This document shows, one piece after another, positions 1 through 9,581 of a stretch of 64,000 bases of DNA. Source of the stretch: Alphaproteobacteria bacterium (GTDB taxonomy: Bacteria; Pseudomonadota; Alphaproteobacteria; JBFXJJ01); contig JBFXJJ010000009.1 of the NCBI GenBank assembly GCA_050175015.1, forward strand, positions 29,937-93,936, written 5' to 3'. The notes below the pieces were generated by a model. The model was not told where the DNA came from. It ran no database searches and saw only the letters and a list, made by a program, of their open reading frames with translations. A program made the position numbers and the translations under genes. Position 1 is the stretch's first letter; each line of letters opens with the position of its first letter.

Positions 1-1
1 T

Positions 2-715
2 GGTCCTATCATCTCGGCGTTGGCATATCCAGCGTTCTTGGTGATTATGACGGTTGCTGTGGTTTATGCTATTGGTGCATACATGGTTCCTCCTATGATT
101 GAGGCGGCTCCTGATACGATTTGGCGAGGCGTTGCAAAAGATGTTGTTGGCTTGTCTAACTGGATTATTAAATATTGGGCTTTAGCTTTTGCTGTGCCTC
201 CTACTTTATTCATAATTATATATTTCACCTTAGGAAACTGGACAGGATTTATAAGAGTTATTTTTGATAGGTTTCCTCCTTGGTCAATTTATCGAGTATT
301 TACTGGGGTTTGCTGGCTTTTAGCGCTAGCTGCTTTGGTTAAAGCAGGAACGCCAGTTTCTATTGCTTTGCGTTCTTTGCGGGCAGATTCTAATCGTTAC
401 TTAAGGGAAAGAATTGATAAAGCCTTAGTTTACGTTAATAACGGTGATAACTTAGGTGATGCTTTGTTTAAAACAGAAACAGGGTTTCCTGATGAAGAGA
501 TTATTGGAGACCTTAGAATTTATTCAGAATTGGATAATTTTGAAGCCGCATTGGATCAAATGGCTAATGATTGGCTGGAAGAAAGTGTAACGGGTATTGC
601 TGATAGAGCCGCTCTTCTTAATACAATCGCAATCTTAATGGTCAGTGGTGTGATTGCTTGGGCGGTTATGGGTGTGTTTGAAATGCAAAACCAAATCACG
701 AATTCGATGAAATAA
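2..715 (+). CDS. Type II secretion F-family inner-membrane platform protein, PilR/BfpE-like (type IVb pilus); 5'-truncated by window edge
   Basis: Frame is open from base 2. TM segments plus DRFPPWSIYR, GDNLGDAL and GFPDEEIIGDLRIY motifs resemble R64 PilR-type T2SSF proteins. Confidence 0.8.
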   Translation, partial: GPIISALAYPAFLVIMTVAVVYAIGAYMVPPMIEAAPDTIWRGVAKDVVGLSNWIIKYWALAFAVPPTLFIIIYFTLGNWTGFIRVIFDRFPPWSIYRVFTGVCWLLALAALVKAGTPVSIALRSLRADSNRYLRERIDKALVYVNNGDNLGDALFKTETGFPDEEIIGDLRIYSELDNFEAALDQMANDWLEESVTGIADRAALLNTIAILMVSGVIAWAVMGVFEMQNQITNSMK

Positions 716-738
716 AATCAATAATTTTTGAAGAATTG

Positions 739-771
739 TTAAAGGAACTTTTTTTAAAAAAGTTCCTTTAA
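739..771. terminator. Palindromic hairpin between convergent genes, probable bidirectional terminator
   Basis: TTAAAGGAACTTTTTT-T-AAAAAAGTTCCTTTAA, perfect 16-bp arms. Confidence 0.65.
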
Positions 772-833
772 TTTTGTGTAGGTAATAATATTTATGCTTA
801 TGTAGAGAATAACGATGCTCTAAAAGCTGTCGC

Positions 834-885
834 TTTTGTCCTAGCGGACGGCTTTTACTTTTATAAAAGTAAAAACAAAACTTTT
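834..885 (-). repeat. Intergenic palindromic repeat, copy 1 (internally shortened)
   Basis: Reverse complement AAAAGTTTTGTTTTTACTTTTATAAAAGTAAAAGCCGTCCGCTAGGACAAAA; perfect 22-bp palindrome at 853-874; matches copies at 26897, 27166, 59731. Confidence 0.65.
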
Positions 886-1545
886 TTAAGGAATATCAGC
901 AATAATCTGAGCTAAATCTTTCATATCTGAAAAAACACATCTTGCCCCAGCGTCTTTTAGCACGTCATTATGACCAGTTTGACAGTGGCTTCCTCCAGTA
1001 AAACCAATAACATTCATACCAGCTTTTTTGGCGCCCTTTATACCCGATGGACTATCTTCAACAACGAGGCATTTAACAGGGGCTATCAGCATTTTTTCTG
1101 CGCAATAATAAAAAATATCAGGGGCAGGCTTACCGTTTCTAACAAGGTTAGTGCTGAAAATATGAGGGGCAAAAAAGTCATATAATTTGGTTATTTTTAA
1201 AGTGCTTTCAAGGCGTTCTGGCTTGCTTCCAGAAGCGATGCATACTGGAAGAGTATTTTTTTTAAGGAATTGCTTAATACCTTTAATAGGTTTTAAAGTT
1301 TTGGCAAAAACGTTTAAAGTTTCCTGCATAACGTCGTCTTCGAAATTATCAGGAATAGTAATGCTTTGCTCTTCTTGCAGGATCCTATACATTTCTTCGG
1401 TTTTCATACCAGTAAAACGTTTTACAATATCTTGATATGTTATTTTAAAACCTAAACTAGAAAGCATTTTGGCTTCCGTTTGGCAGCCGCCTACTTCACT
1501 ATCAATTAACACTCCGTCGCAGTCAAAAATAATTAATTCAATCAT
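886..1545 (-). CDS. HAD-superfamily hydrolase (IA, phosphatase/beta-PGM-like)
   Basis: FDCDGVL, GKPAPD and VEDS..G motifs; ATG at 1545 overlaps the recX stop. Confidence 0.9.
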   Translation of the reverse strand: MIELIIFDCDGVLIDSEVGGCQTEAKMLSSLGFKITYQDIVKRFTGMKTEEMYRILQEEQSITIPDNFEDDVMQETLNVFAKTLKPIKGIKQFLKKNTLPVCIASGSKPERLESTLKITKLYDFFAPHIFSTNLVRNGKPAPDIFYYCAEKMLIAPVKCLVVEDSPSGIKGAKKAGMNVIGFTGGSHCQTGHNDVLKDAGARCVFSDMKDLAQIIADIP

Positions 1546-2107
1546 TGTTACTTCCATTACTACAAGTTAAGTCAGATTCCGTTGCCGCTAAGACAATTTT
1601 TTTAGATGTTTCATAATCAAAGCCGCCTCTTGCCATTTTACCTAGTTCTTTTTTTATGCTATTTTCAAGCAGTTTTTTGCGAAAAGGCCCGATTTTTTTC
1701 TTGCGAGCAAAATTAACAGCGGCAATAAAATCGGTATTATAATTATTGGCATCATCTAAAGAAGAAAGAACTTTAGAAATAGTTTCGCTTTTTATGCCTT
1801 TTAAAGCTAGCTTTTGTTCAATTATCTTTTTTGATTTTCCCTTTGCAAAAAGTTCTTTTACCTTATTTTCAGCATAGCGTTCATCAGATAGGTAGTTATA
1901 TTCTTTCATTTTAGAAATGATATTATTAATAGAGTTTTCAGCATTTTGAACATCTATGCCATTGTTTTTTGCTTTTTCTATGCGCCTTTTTAGGACATCT
2001 TTAAGACTTTTTTCGGTAGCTTCATAGCGGCTTAAATAAAAAAGAGCAATTTTTTGCAATTTTTCTGCGGATAAGGTATTTTGTTGCTTTTTGCTTGAGG
2101 ACATCAT
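1538..2107 (-). CDS. recX: Regulatory protein RecX
   Basis: ALFYLSRY, YLSDERYA, AAVNFARKKKIGPFR, MARGGF: alphaproteobacterial RecX pattern. Confidence 0.85.
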   Translation of the reverse strand: MMSSSKKQQNTLSAEKLQKIALFYLSRYEATEKSLKDVLKRRIEKAKNNGIDVQNAENSINNIISKMKEYNYLSDERYAENKVKELFAKGKSKKIIEQKLALKGIKSETISKVLSSLDDANNYNTDFIAAVNFARKKKIGPFRKKLLENSIKKELGKMARGGFDYETSKKIVLAATESDLTCSNGSNND

Positions 2108-2165
2108 AAAAGCGTATTATCTCCTTGTTGATAGTCTTTTTTATTTATATGGGATTTTAAAAACT

Positions 2166-3068
2166 GTGAATAGTAGTAATTTTGATATAATTCTGCCTTT
2201 TTTAATTGAAAATGATTCTATAAGGGGTCGTTTTTCAAGATTAGATGAAACTGTTAATGTCATTTTGAGCCAGCATCAGTATCCTTTAGCAATCGGCGGC
2301 GCTCTTTGTGAGTCTATGGCATTAGCTGCGATTTTGGCATCAACACTTAAAATTGATGGTACTTTCACACTGCAAGCCCAAGGAAACGGTATTATATCTC
2401 TGCTTGTGGTTAATATTTTTCAAGATGGCAAAATGAGAGCTTTTGCTAAATATGATGAAGAAAAGTTAAAAACAGCACAAATAAAGAGAAAAACTGAGAA
2501 TATGTTAGAGCCTACACCTCATCTGCTAGGAGGAGGTTATTTAGCCTTTACCGCGGAACAGGGAGAAGAAAGATATCAAGGAATTGTTGCTTTAGAGGGA
2601 AATACTTTGGCAGAATGTGCTAATAAGTATTTTATAAAATCAGAGCAGATTGATACAGCTATTAAAATTGCCGTAAAAGAACCTAACGACAAGAGAGGTT
2701 GGCAGGCAAGCGCTGTGATGGTTCAAAAAATGCCTCAAGAAAAGAAAGATGCAGTTATTTCTCAGGACGACGATGATGATGTTTGGCGCAGTGCTGTTAT
2801 TTTCTTAAGTTCGCTTCAAGATAATGAAATGCTTAGCTCTAGTAATAGTCCAGAGGAAATCATTTATCGTATTTATCATGATAATAATTTAAAAGTTTTT
2901 GAGAAAAAGCATATTAGTTTTGGTTGCAGTTGTTCTAAGGAACGAGTTGAAAATACGCTTAAAACATTTTCGAAAGAAGAGCTGGCTGATATGAAAGAAG
3001 AAGGTAAAGTAAAAGTTAAATGTCAGTTTTGCTCCAGAGAATATATTTTTAATGATGGAGACTTATAA
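2166..3068 (+). CDS. hslO: Hsp33 redox-regulated chaperone
   Basis: RYQGIVAL, CSCS...CQFC zinc motif; GTG at 2166 chosen as the likely start. Confidence 0.92.
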   Translation: MNSSNFDIILPFLIENDSIRGRFSRLDETVNVILSQHQYPLAIGGALCESMALAAILASTLKIDGTFTLQAQGNGIISLLVVNIFQDGKMRAFAKYDEEKLKTAQIKRKTENMLEPTPHLLGGGYLAFTAEQGEERYQGIVALEGNTLAECANKYFIKSEQIDTAIKIAVKEPNDKRGWQASAVMVQKMPQEKKDAVISQDDDDDVWRSAVIFLSSLQDNEMLSSSNSPEEIIYRIYHDNNLKVFEKKHISFGCSCSKERVENTLKTFSKEELADMKEEGKVKVKCQFCSREYIFNDGDL

Positions 3069-3637
3069 TGAAAAAGATTCTATGTGTTTTATTAATGTTT
3101 GTAATGACGGCTTGTGCCGCAGTGAAAAAAACAGAAATAAAAAATTATGATATTTCATTCGATGATGGCGAAATCATTACTTTAGATGCCAAGGAAATGA
3201 AAATAAAGATTCTGTATGAGCCGCCATTTAAAGCTCCTAATATTGAACATTTAATGCCATATCCTCTAGAAAAAGCTATTCTTGGTTGGGCTAAAGCTAA
3301 ACTTAAGGTTTCAGGAAAGGGCGAAAATATTGCGGTATTTACCATAAATAATGCCAGTGTTGTTCAAGCGATAACAGATGAAGGGCTTTTAAAAGGCGGA
3401 GATAGGGAAACTTATAAAGCAAATGTTGAAATATCATTAGAAATTCAAGACTATAAAGGCGGCAAAACAGAAGCCGTTGCAAATGCCTGGCAGGATTATA
3501 CCCGTCCTTTGGTTATGACATTAAGCCAAAGAGAAGAAGTTTGGTTTAATATGGTAAAAGACGTTACAAATGATGCTGGGGGTAAACTTGAGGCTACTAT
3601 AAAAGAGTTTTTATCAAGTTATATTGTAGAAGAATAA
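3068..3637 (+). CDS. Hypothetical lipoprotein
   Basis: Signal peptide with lipobox MTAC; start overlaps hslO stop. Confidence 0.7.
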   Translation: MKKILCVLLMFVMTACAAVKKTEIKNYDISFDDGEIITLDAKEMKIKILYEPPFKAPNIEHLMPYPLEKAILGWAKAKLKVSGKGENIAVFTINNASVVQAITDEGLLKGGDRETYKANVEISLEIQDYKGGKTEAVANAWQDYTRPLVMTLSQREEVWFNMVKDVTNDAGGKLEATIKEFLSSYIVEE

Positions 3638-3805
3638 CAGCACATTTCTTATCATAAATTTATAGCAATCAAGGGATAAGTTTTTTCTTATCGGTTTTGG
3701 TTGCTATAAATTTTTTTAATATTATAATTATGTCTAATTTTTTGCAGTTCAGTCTTTTTGCGAAAAAGAATAATAATGTCTAATAAATATAATCTCAGGT
3801 GAAAA

Positions 3806-4996
3806 ATGAATAAAATTGATGCTTTAATATCTAAAGTTAAAAGTCTTGACTCTAATCTTTCAAACAAAGATTTCCTGCTTACTTGGGAACAAACAAAAGA
3901 TGAGCTTCTCTCTGTTTTAACAGTTGCAGAAGCTTTAAAAACATTTAGAGATAACAACGTGTCTCCTAAAATTTTTGATTCTGGCATAGGTGTTTCTTTA
4001 TTCCGTGACAACTCAACTAGAACCAGATTTTCTTTTACATCTGCTTGTAATTTGCTCGGTTTAGGTATGCAAGACCTTGACGAAGGCAAATCACAAATCG
4101 CTCATGGTGAAACAGTTCGTGAAACTGCAAATATGATTTCTTTTTTAGCCGAAGTTATAGGAATTCGTGACGATATGTATTTAGGTGCAGGAAATGCCTA
4201 TATGCGTGAAGTTGGTGAAGCTCTTGATGACGGTTTTGAAAGTGGTGTTTTACCTCGCCGTCCAGCTATTGTTAACTTACAATGCGATATCGATCACCCA
4301 ACACAGGCAATGGCTGATTTTGCTTGGCTCATAGAGCATTTCGGTTCTCTTGAAGCATTAAAAGGTAAAAAAATTGCAATGACTTGGGCTTATTCTCCAA
4401 GTTATGGCAAGCCTTTATCTGTACCTCAAGGTATAATCGGTCTTATGACAAGATTTGGTATGGACGTATCTTTAGCGCACCCAGAAGGCTATAACCTTAT
4501 ACCTGACGTGGTTGAAGTTGCACGTAAAAATGCCAAAGAATCAGGCGGCAATTTTACCGCTGGTAATTCTATGGAAGATGCATTCAAAAATGCTGATATT
4601 GTTTATCCAAAATCATGGGCACCTTATGCTGTTATGGGCAGAAGAACAGAATTGTTAAGAAATAATGACCATGCAGGTCTTAAGGATCTCGAAAAAGAAT
4701 GTCTTGCCAACAATGCTAAGTTTAAAAACTGGGAATGCACAGAAGAAAAAATGAAGCTTACTAAAGACGGTAAAGCTCTTTATATGCATTGCTTACCTGC
4801 AGATATTTCTGGTGTTTCTTGCAAAGAAGGTGAAGTTGCAGCTTCTGTTTTCGATAGATATAGAATCGAAACTTATAAAGAAGCAGGCTGGAAACCTTAT
4901 ATCATTTCTGCTATGATTCTTTGTCGTAAGTTCAAAAATCCTGCTGAAGTACTCGAGAACATTAAAAAACAAGCTCCTAAGAGAGTTATGTACTAA
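3806..4996 (+). CDS. ygeW: Knotted carbamoyltransferase YgeW
   Basis: FRDNSTRTR, HPTQ, WAYSPSYGKPLSVPQG and HCLPADI motifs. Confidence 0.92.
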   Translation: MNKIDALISKVKSLDSNLSNKDFLLTWEQTKDELLSVLTVAEALKTFRDNNVSPKIFDSGIGVSLFRDNSTRTRFSFTSACNLLGLGMQDLDEGKSQIAHGETVRETANMISFLAEVIGIRDDMYLGAGNAYMREVGEALDDGFESGVLPRRPAIVNLQCDIDHPTQAMADFAWLIEHFGSLEALKGKKIAMTWAYSPSYGKPLSVPQGIIGLMTRFGMDVSLAHPEGYNLIPDVVEVARKNAKESGGNFTAGNSMEDAFKNADIVYPKSWAPYAVMGRRTELLRNNDHAGLKDLEKECLANNAKFKNWECTEEKMKLTKDGKALYMHCLPADISGVSCKEGEVAASVFDRYRIETYKEAGWKPYIISAMILCRKFKNPAEVLENIKKQAPKRVMY

Positions 4997-5032
4997 TTTT
5001 TATTGATTAAATTTTTTAGAAAAGAGAGAAAA

Positions 5033-6235
5033 ATGGAAAATAAAATAATGGAAGCGGCAAAAGGTTATGCCGATGATATGACACAATTTTTGCGTGATAT
5101 GGTTGCTATTCCTTCCGAAAGCCGTCAAGAAAAAGAAGTTATCTTAAGAATTAAACAAGAAATGGAAAAAGTTGGCTTTGATGAAGTTCGCATTGATAAA
5201 ATGGGAAATATTCTTGGCCGTGTTGGTAGTGGTAAACATGTTATAGCAATGGATGCCCACATAGATACCGTTGGTGTTGGTGATCCTGAAGCTTGGAGAC
5301 ATGACCCATATAAAGGCAAACTTGAAAACGGCGTTATTTATGGCCGTGGCGCTACTGACCAAGAAGGCGGAATGGCTTCTATGGTATATGCTGCTAAGAT
5401 TATTAAAGATCTTAAACTTGAAGATGATTTTACACTTTGGGTAACTGGCACTGTTAATGAAGAAGATTGCGATGGTCAATGCTGGCAGTATATTCTTAAA
5501 GAAAAAGTTTTGAATCCTCAGCCAGAAGTTGTTGTTATTACTGAACCAACCAATCTCAATATTTACCGCGGTCATAGAGGCCGTATGGAAATCGGAGTTA
5601 CAACCAAAGGCGTTTCTTGCCATGGTTCTGCTCCTGAGCGTGGCGTTAATGCTGTTTATAAAATGGCAAAAGTTATCAATGAAATTGAAAAACTTAATGA
5701 TCGTATCAAAGATGATGCTTTCTTGGGTAAAGGCACGGTTACGGTTTCTTACATTGATTGTAAGACCCCATCACTATGCGCTGTTCCTGATAGAGCATAC
5801 ATTCACCTTGATCGCAGACTTACTGCAGGCGAAACCAAAGAAAGCGCTGTAGCTGAAGTCAAAGAAGCTGTTAAACTTGCTGGTGTTGAGGCTGATGTTG
5901 AAGTTCTTCGTTATGACGTTCCTAGTTATACAGGTTTCTCTTATGAAGTTGAAAAATATTATCCAACTTGGGTTTTAGAAAGAGAGCATAAAGCTTGCAA
6001 AGCGGCAGTTGAAGCCTATAAATCAACCATTGGCGGTGAGCCTAAAGTTGACAAATGGACATTCTCAACCAATGGTATTGCTACCATGGGTATGATGGGA
6101 ATTCCAACGGTTGGTTTTGGTCCTGCAAATGAGATTTATGCGCACTCCATTGATGACCAATGCCCTGTTGAACATTTAGTTAAAGCAGCTGCTTTCTATG
6201 CTGCTTTCCCTCAAAAATATTTAGCTGAAAAATAA
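5033..6235 (+). CDS. ygeY: M20-family metallo-amidohydrolase YgeY
   Basis: DAHIDTV, GRGATDQEGG, EEDCDG, RGHRGRME, KWTFSTNG; follows ygeW. Confidence 0.88.
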   Translation: MENKIMEAAKGYADDMTQFLRDMVAIPSESRQEKEVILRIKQEMEKVGFDEVRIDKMGNILGRVGSGKHVIAMDAHIDTVGVGDPEAWRHDPYKGKLENGVIYGRGATDQEGGMASMVYAAKIIKDLKLEDDFTLWVTGTVNEEDCDGQCWQYILKEKVLNPQPEVVVITEPTNLNIYRGHRGRMEIGVTTKGVSCHGSAPERGVNAVYKMAKVINEIEKLNDRIKDDAFLGKGTVTVSYIDCKTPSLCAVPDRAYIHLDRRLTAGETKESAVAEVKEAVKLAGVEADVEVLRYDVPSYTGFSYEVEKYYPTWVLEREHKACKAAVEAYKSTIGGEPKVDKWTFSTNGIATMGMMGIPTVGFGPANEIYAHSIDDQCPVEHLVKAAAFYAAFPQKYLAEK

Positions 6236-6276
6236 AATTTGTTTTTTTAAATATTTTTTAAATGTGACATAAAAAC

Positions 6277-6318
6277 AATATAGCCCGTTTTTCTATAGGA
6301 AGACGGGCTATATTTTTA
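6277..6318 (+). terminator. Rho-independent terminator after ygeY
   Basis: AATATAGCCCGT...ACGGGCTATATT stem followed by T run. Confidence 0.8.
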
Positions 6319-6395
6319 TGTTTTAGTTGACAATTAGATGTTTTTGTCCAATATACTGGAATTATGAAAGCCACTTTCTTTAAAGAGGATTTGAG

Positions 6396-7208
6396 ATGTC
6401 AAAAAGAAAAGATAGTGCTGAAGCTAGATTTTTAGCTTTTAAAAGCAGGGGTGTGGCCGGAGAGTTTCTTAGCGGCGCTAAAAATATATTAAAAAAAGCA
6501 CAAGAAGATAATAAGTCTTTAGAACCACAAGATTTATCGAAGACAAACCTTGTTGCTGTTGTGCGCAAATATTTTCCAGATTTTTGGAATAGTTCAGAAT
6601 GTGGAATTCGTTGGAATAACAATTGTTATTCATATGCTTGTAACGATCCTTTTGGTCATAAAGGTAAGCCTCAGCCAGGAGAAAAAGCTGGACACTGCTG
6701 TGAGAATATGACTATCGCTGATGTTACTAGAGCATCTATCAAAGATGGATTAGTTAAAGCTGAGTTAGATAAAAAAGGCAATCCTATTCCTAAAGACGGC
6801 TGCTATGTTGTAGCTTTAGTCGTAGCCGAAGATTATGATTATCATTGGTATCGCCAAGATGAAAATGGGAAATGGACTCACAAAATGGGTTCATCAGACA
6901 CTTTTGATGTTGATGCTGGAGGGCAAGTAATTACAGACCCTAGATATTGCAATCGTGGCTTGTATGATCAATTTGGCGGCTTCTTTTATGTTCCTAATAA
7001 CGGAATTAGGATTGGTGAAAAAGCAAGAAGATATAAAAAAGCAACATTTGAAGATGATTATAAACGTCATTTAGATAAACTTGATGAAAAATCTCGCAAA
7101 AAACTAAGCAAAGTTGTTGAAAAATGTGGAGTTTTTGTTGATAAGAAAAATATAGCAAATCAAAACTCTAGTTTTATAAATATGGTTAATAGAGGGAAAA
7201 GCCGTTAA
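6396..7208 (+). CDS. Hypothetical protein with putative papain-like Cys-His catalytic domain; candidate exported effector
   Basis: NNCYSYA, DYHWYRQD and WTHKMG motifs; no signal peptide; GAGG RBS; C-terminus FINMVNRGKSR. Confidence 0.65.
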   Translation: MSKRKDSAEARFLAFKSRGVAGEFLSGAKNILKKAQEDNKSLEPQDLSKTNLVAVVRKYFPDFWNSSECGIRWNNNCYSYACNDPFGHKGKPQPGEKAGHCCENMTIADVTRASIKDGLVKAELDKKGNPIPKDGCYVVALVVAEDYDYHWYRQDENGKWTHKMGSSDTFDVDAGGQVITDPRYCNRGLYDQFGGFFYVPNNGIRIGEKARRYKKATFEDDYKRHLDKLDEKSRKKLSKVVEKCGVFVDKKNIANQNSSFINMVNRGKSR

Positions 7209-7295
7209 AAAGCTTCCTCTTTATTAGAGAATTTGATATTTTTCTTTCTTAATAAAAAAGATAACTGGTATTTAACAAATACTAGTAAATCCTAG

Positions 7296-7913
7296 TTGGA
7301 GTTTATTACATTGCTTGAAGAAAAAATAGTCAAAGCTCTGCAAAGTTTAAATGGCGGAGAATTTAAACCTAAAAATAAAATAGGATTTAATGAGGCAAAA
7401 GATATTTTGAATGATATTCTGCAAGGCAAGTATCAAAAAGAAAACTATTTTTTGAATGAGAAGTATGAAGGCTCAAATAAAAGCCAAGAACAATTTAGCA
7501 CAGGAGATATAAGCGTTTTCAGACTTTGTGCGGTCACCAAACTTGGCGAAGGGGTTAGTGTCAATTTGGGCGGCATAGTTTATGATGAACCTTTTTTTGC
7601 GGTTCTTGCGGCTTTAAATGCTAATAATAAGGAAGTCTTACCTGTAGCTAAGAATTACGATACTTATAAAGCGTTGTTAAAAAAAGCAGAAATGGGTCTA
7701 AAAAAAGGTGTTTTCCAGTCTGACTTTTTGAGCAAGATTCAAATCTTTTTTAAAGAAGGCGATTTTATCGACGGCAAGGCCGAGCCTATGTTTGATGTTA
7801 TAACTATTAAAAAAGAGCAATTTGAAAAACTTCAAGCCAAGGGTTTTGCATCATTTTCTCAAAACGGCAGCATCAAGTTGTTTGAGCTTTACAAAAATCC
7901 GGATTTTAAATGA
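7296..7913 (+). CDS. Hypothetical protein
   Basis: 205-aa ORF whose stop overlaps the dtd start (ATGA); no recognised motif; start uncertain. Confidence 0.6.
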   Translation: MEFITLLEEKIVKALQSLNGGEFKPKNKIGFNEAKDILNDILQGKYQKENYFLNEKYEGSNKSQEQFSTGDISVFRLCAVTKLGEGVSVNLGGIVYDEPFFAVLAALNANNKEVLPVAKNYDTYKALLKKAEMGLKKGVFQSDFLSKIQIFFKEGDFIDGKAEPMFDVITIKKEQFEKLQAKGFASFSQNGSIKLFELYKNPDFK

Positions 7914-8353
7914 AAATAGTTTTACAGAGAGTTTCTAAAGCATCTGTTGTCGTAGATAATAAAATGATAGCAGATGTAGCTAAAGGCTTTTTAATTTTGT
8001 TTTGCGCAGAGATTGACGATAAGGAAGAAGATGCCAAATATCTTGCGTCAAAGATTATAAAAATGCGTATTTTCAGCGATGAACAAGATAAAATGAATCT
8101 TTCTATCAAAGATGTTGGGGGACAAATTCTAGCGGTTAGTCAATTTACACTTAGCGCTGATTGGAGAAGAGGCAACCGCCCCAGTTTTTCGAAAGCGGAA
8201 AAACCAGAAAGAGGCAATGACTTATATAATAAGTTCTGCTCTTATCTTGAAGAAGAGGGAATTGAGGTTCAAAAGGGCATTTTCGGTGCTAAGATGGAAG
8301 TCGAACTTCTTAATGATGGACCTGTTACCATTATAATGGATTCAAAAAATTAG
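7910..8353 (+). CDS. dtd: D-aminoacyl-tRNA deacylase
   Basis: VLQRV, VSQFTL, GNRPSF, NDGPVT signature motifs. Confidence 0.97.
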   Translation: MKIVLQRVSKASVVVDNKMIADVAKGFLILFCAEIDDKEEDAKYLASKIIKMRIFSDEQDKMNLSIKDVGGQILAVSQFTLSADWRRGNRPSFSKAEKPERGNDLYNKFCSYLEEEGIEVQKGIFGAKMEVELLNDGPVTIIMDSKN

Positions 8354-8404
8354 AATTGTCCGTGTCTAGATATCTATAACATTAATTGTTTTTTGCCTTA
8401 ATGC

Positions 8405-8887
8405 TTAGCGTCCGTTTTTAGCATTTTTTATAACAGCGATGTTAATAGCCGAGTTACTTGCTTCGGTAATCGGAGCGGGCTTATTATCATTAGATTTTTC
8501 TTCAAGATAACGCTGTTTGTTATCTAATATTTTACGGTTTATTTCTGACTTGTCAGGTGAGACAGACGCTTTTTCTAATGTTTTTGCTCTATCTAAGCCC
8601 TCTTTTTTAGTTGAGGAAAGCTTATCATCTTTAGGATTATGATGTTTTTGATCTTGTTCTTTTAAAACAAATTTCATCAATCTTGGAAAAATAGGTTTAA
8701 GTTTTTCTGCTATGCTTCGTCCTAGTTCTGTATTGCGAGCCAAAAAAGTTAAACAAACAAACTGTAATGAGCTAGAAAAAGGAACGCCAACCAAAATCAC
8801 ACTCGTTGTACAAACAAGAGCAACTTTAACTTTATGTGGTATTTTATTCCAATATCTTTTAAAGAATCCGGGCTTTTTTTCTGACAT
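8405..8887 (-). CDS. Hypothetical membrane protein; candidate exported effector
   Basis: Hydrophobic segment near the N-terminus, charged remainder, C-terminus INIAVIKNAKNGR. Confidence 0.6.
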   Translation of the reverse strand: MSEKKPGFFKRYWNKIPHKVKVALVCTTSVILVGVPFSSSLQFVCLTFLARNTELGRSIAEKLKPIFPRLMKFVLKEQDQKHHNPKDDKLSSTKKEGLDRAKTLEKASVSPDKSEINRKILDNKQRYLEEKSNDNKPAPITEASNSAINIAVIKNAKNGR

Positions 8888-8931
8888 TATAAAGCTTTCA
8901 TATTGTTTTTTCTTTAAAAATAATAATACAC

Positions 8932-9381
8932 TTATTTAACATTATTACTATCTTGATTTCTAGGTGTTACGACTAAAGATATTGTGGTATCATTAGTTCC
9001 AGAATTTTCTAATTGGATTGTAACAACCCTGGCTCTGCGTACATAGGTCATACTGCTGATTTTGGAACGTATGATGGCAACCTCCTGCCAATTAAACTTA
9101 GGCATTTCCGACATATAAAAATCAAACATTGAGCTTACATTGTATGGTGCAGAAAAAACAATTTTGCCTGTCCAAGATTCGCCGCTTCCTAAAACAACGG
9201 TGCTGTCTAAATCCATAATAGTTTTCTCAGGGAAAGGCAGGTCAGGAAATTGAGCAAAAGAAGCAGGAATCGCTTCTTCTTCTGTTCCCGATATGCTTCG
9301 GTTCGAAGCAACAGGGGCAAAACTGCTGGTGCAGCCTTGAATAACCATTAACAGAGAAAAAACACATATAATTCTAAACAT
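8932..9381 (-). CDS. Hypothetical lipoprotein
   Basis: Lipobox IQGC; FAQFPDLP...FDFYMSEMPKFNWQE globular region. Confidence 0.7.
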   Translation of the reverse strand: MFRIICVFSLLMVIQGCTSSFAPVASNRSISGTEEEAIPASFAQFPDLPFPEKTIMDLDSTVVLGSGESWTGKIVFSAPYNVSSMFDFYMSEMPKFNWQEVAIIRSKISSMTYVRRARVVTIQLENSGTNDTTISLVVTPRNQDSNNVK

Positions 9382-9581
9382 AAGTTTTCCACCTTAGACA
9401 TATACTAAAATATTTATAATCCTTTTTAAAATACACAAAAAAGAAAAAATATCAAAGCAGTTGTTTAAAAATAGGGAAATCTTTTTATGTTTTTTTTACC
9501 TTTATGCTTGCTTTGATTGTGGATTCAAACATAAACTAAAAACCATCTTATTTTTTTAAATTTTTTGGGAGTAGTTAAGAT

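Noticed and set aside
3688-4089. This and other short ORFs overlapping major genes (e.g. 5144-5623, 47726-48187)
   Set aside because: Antisense or out-of-frame to well-supported genes, with no motifs.
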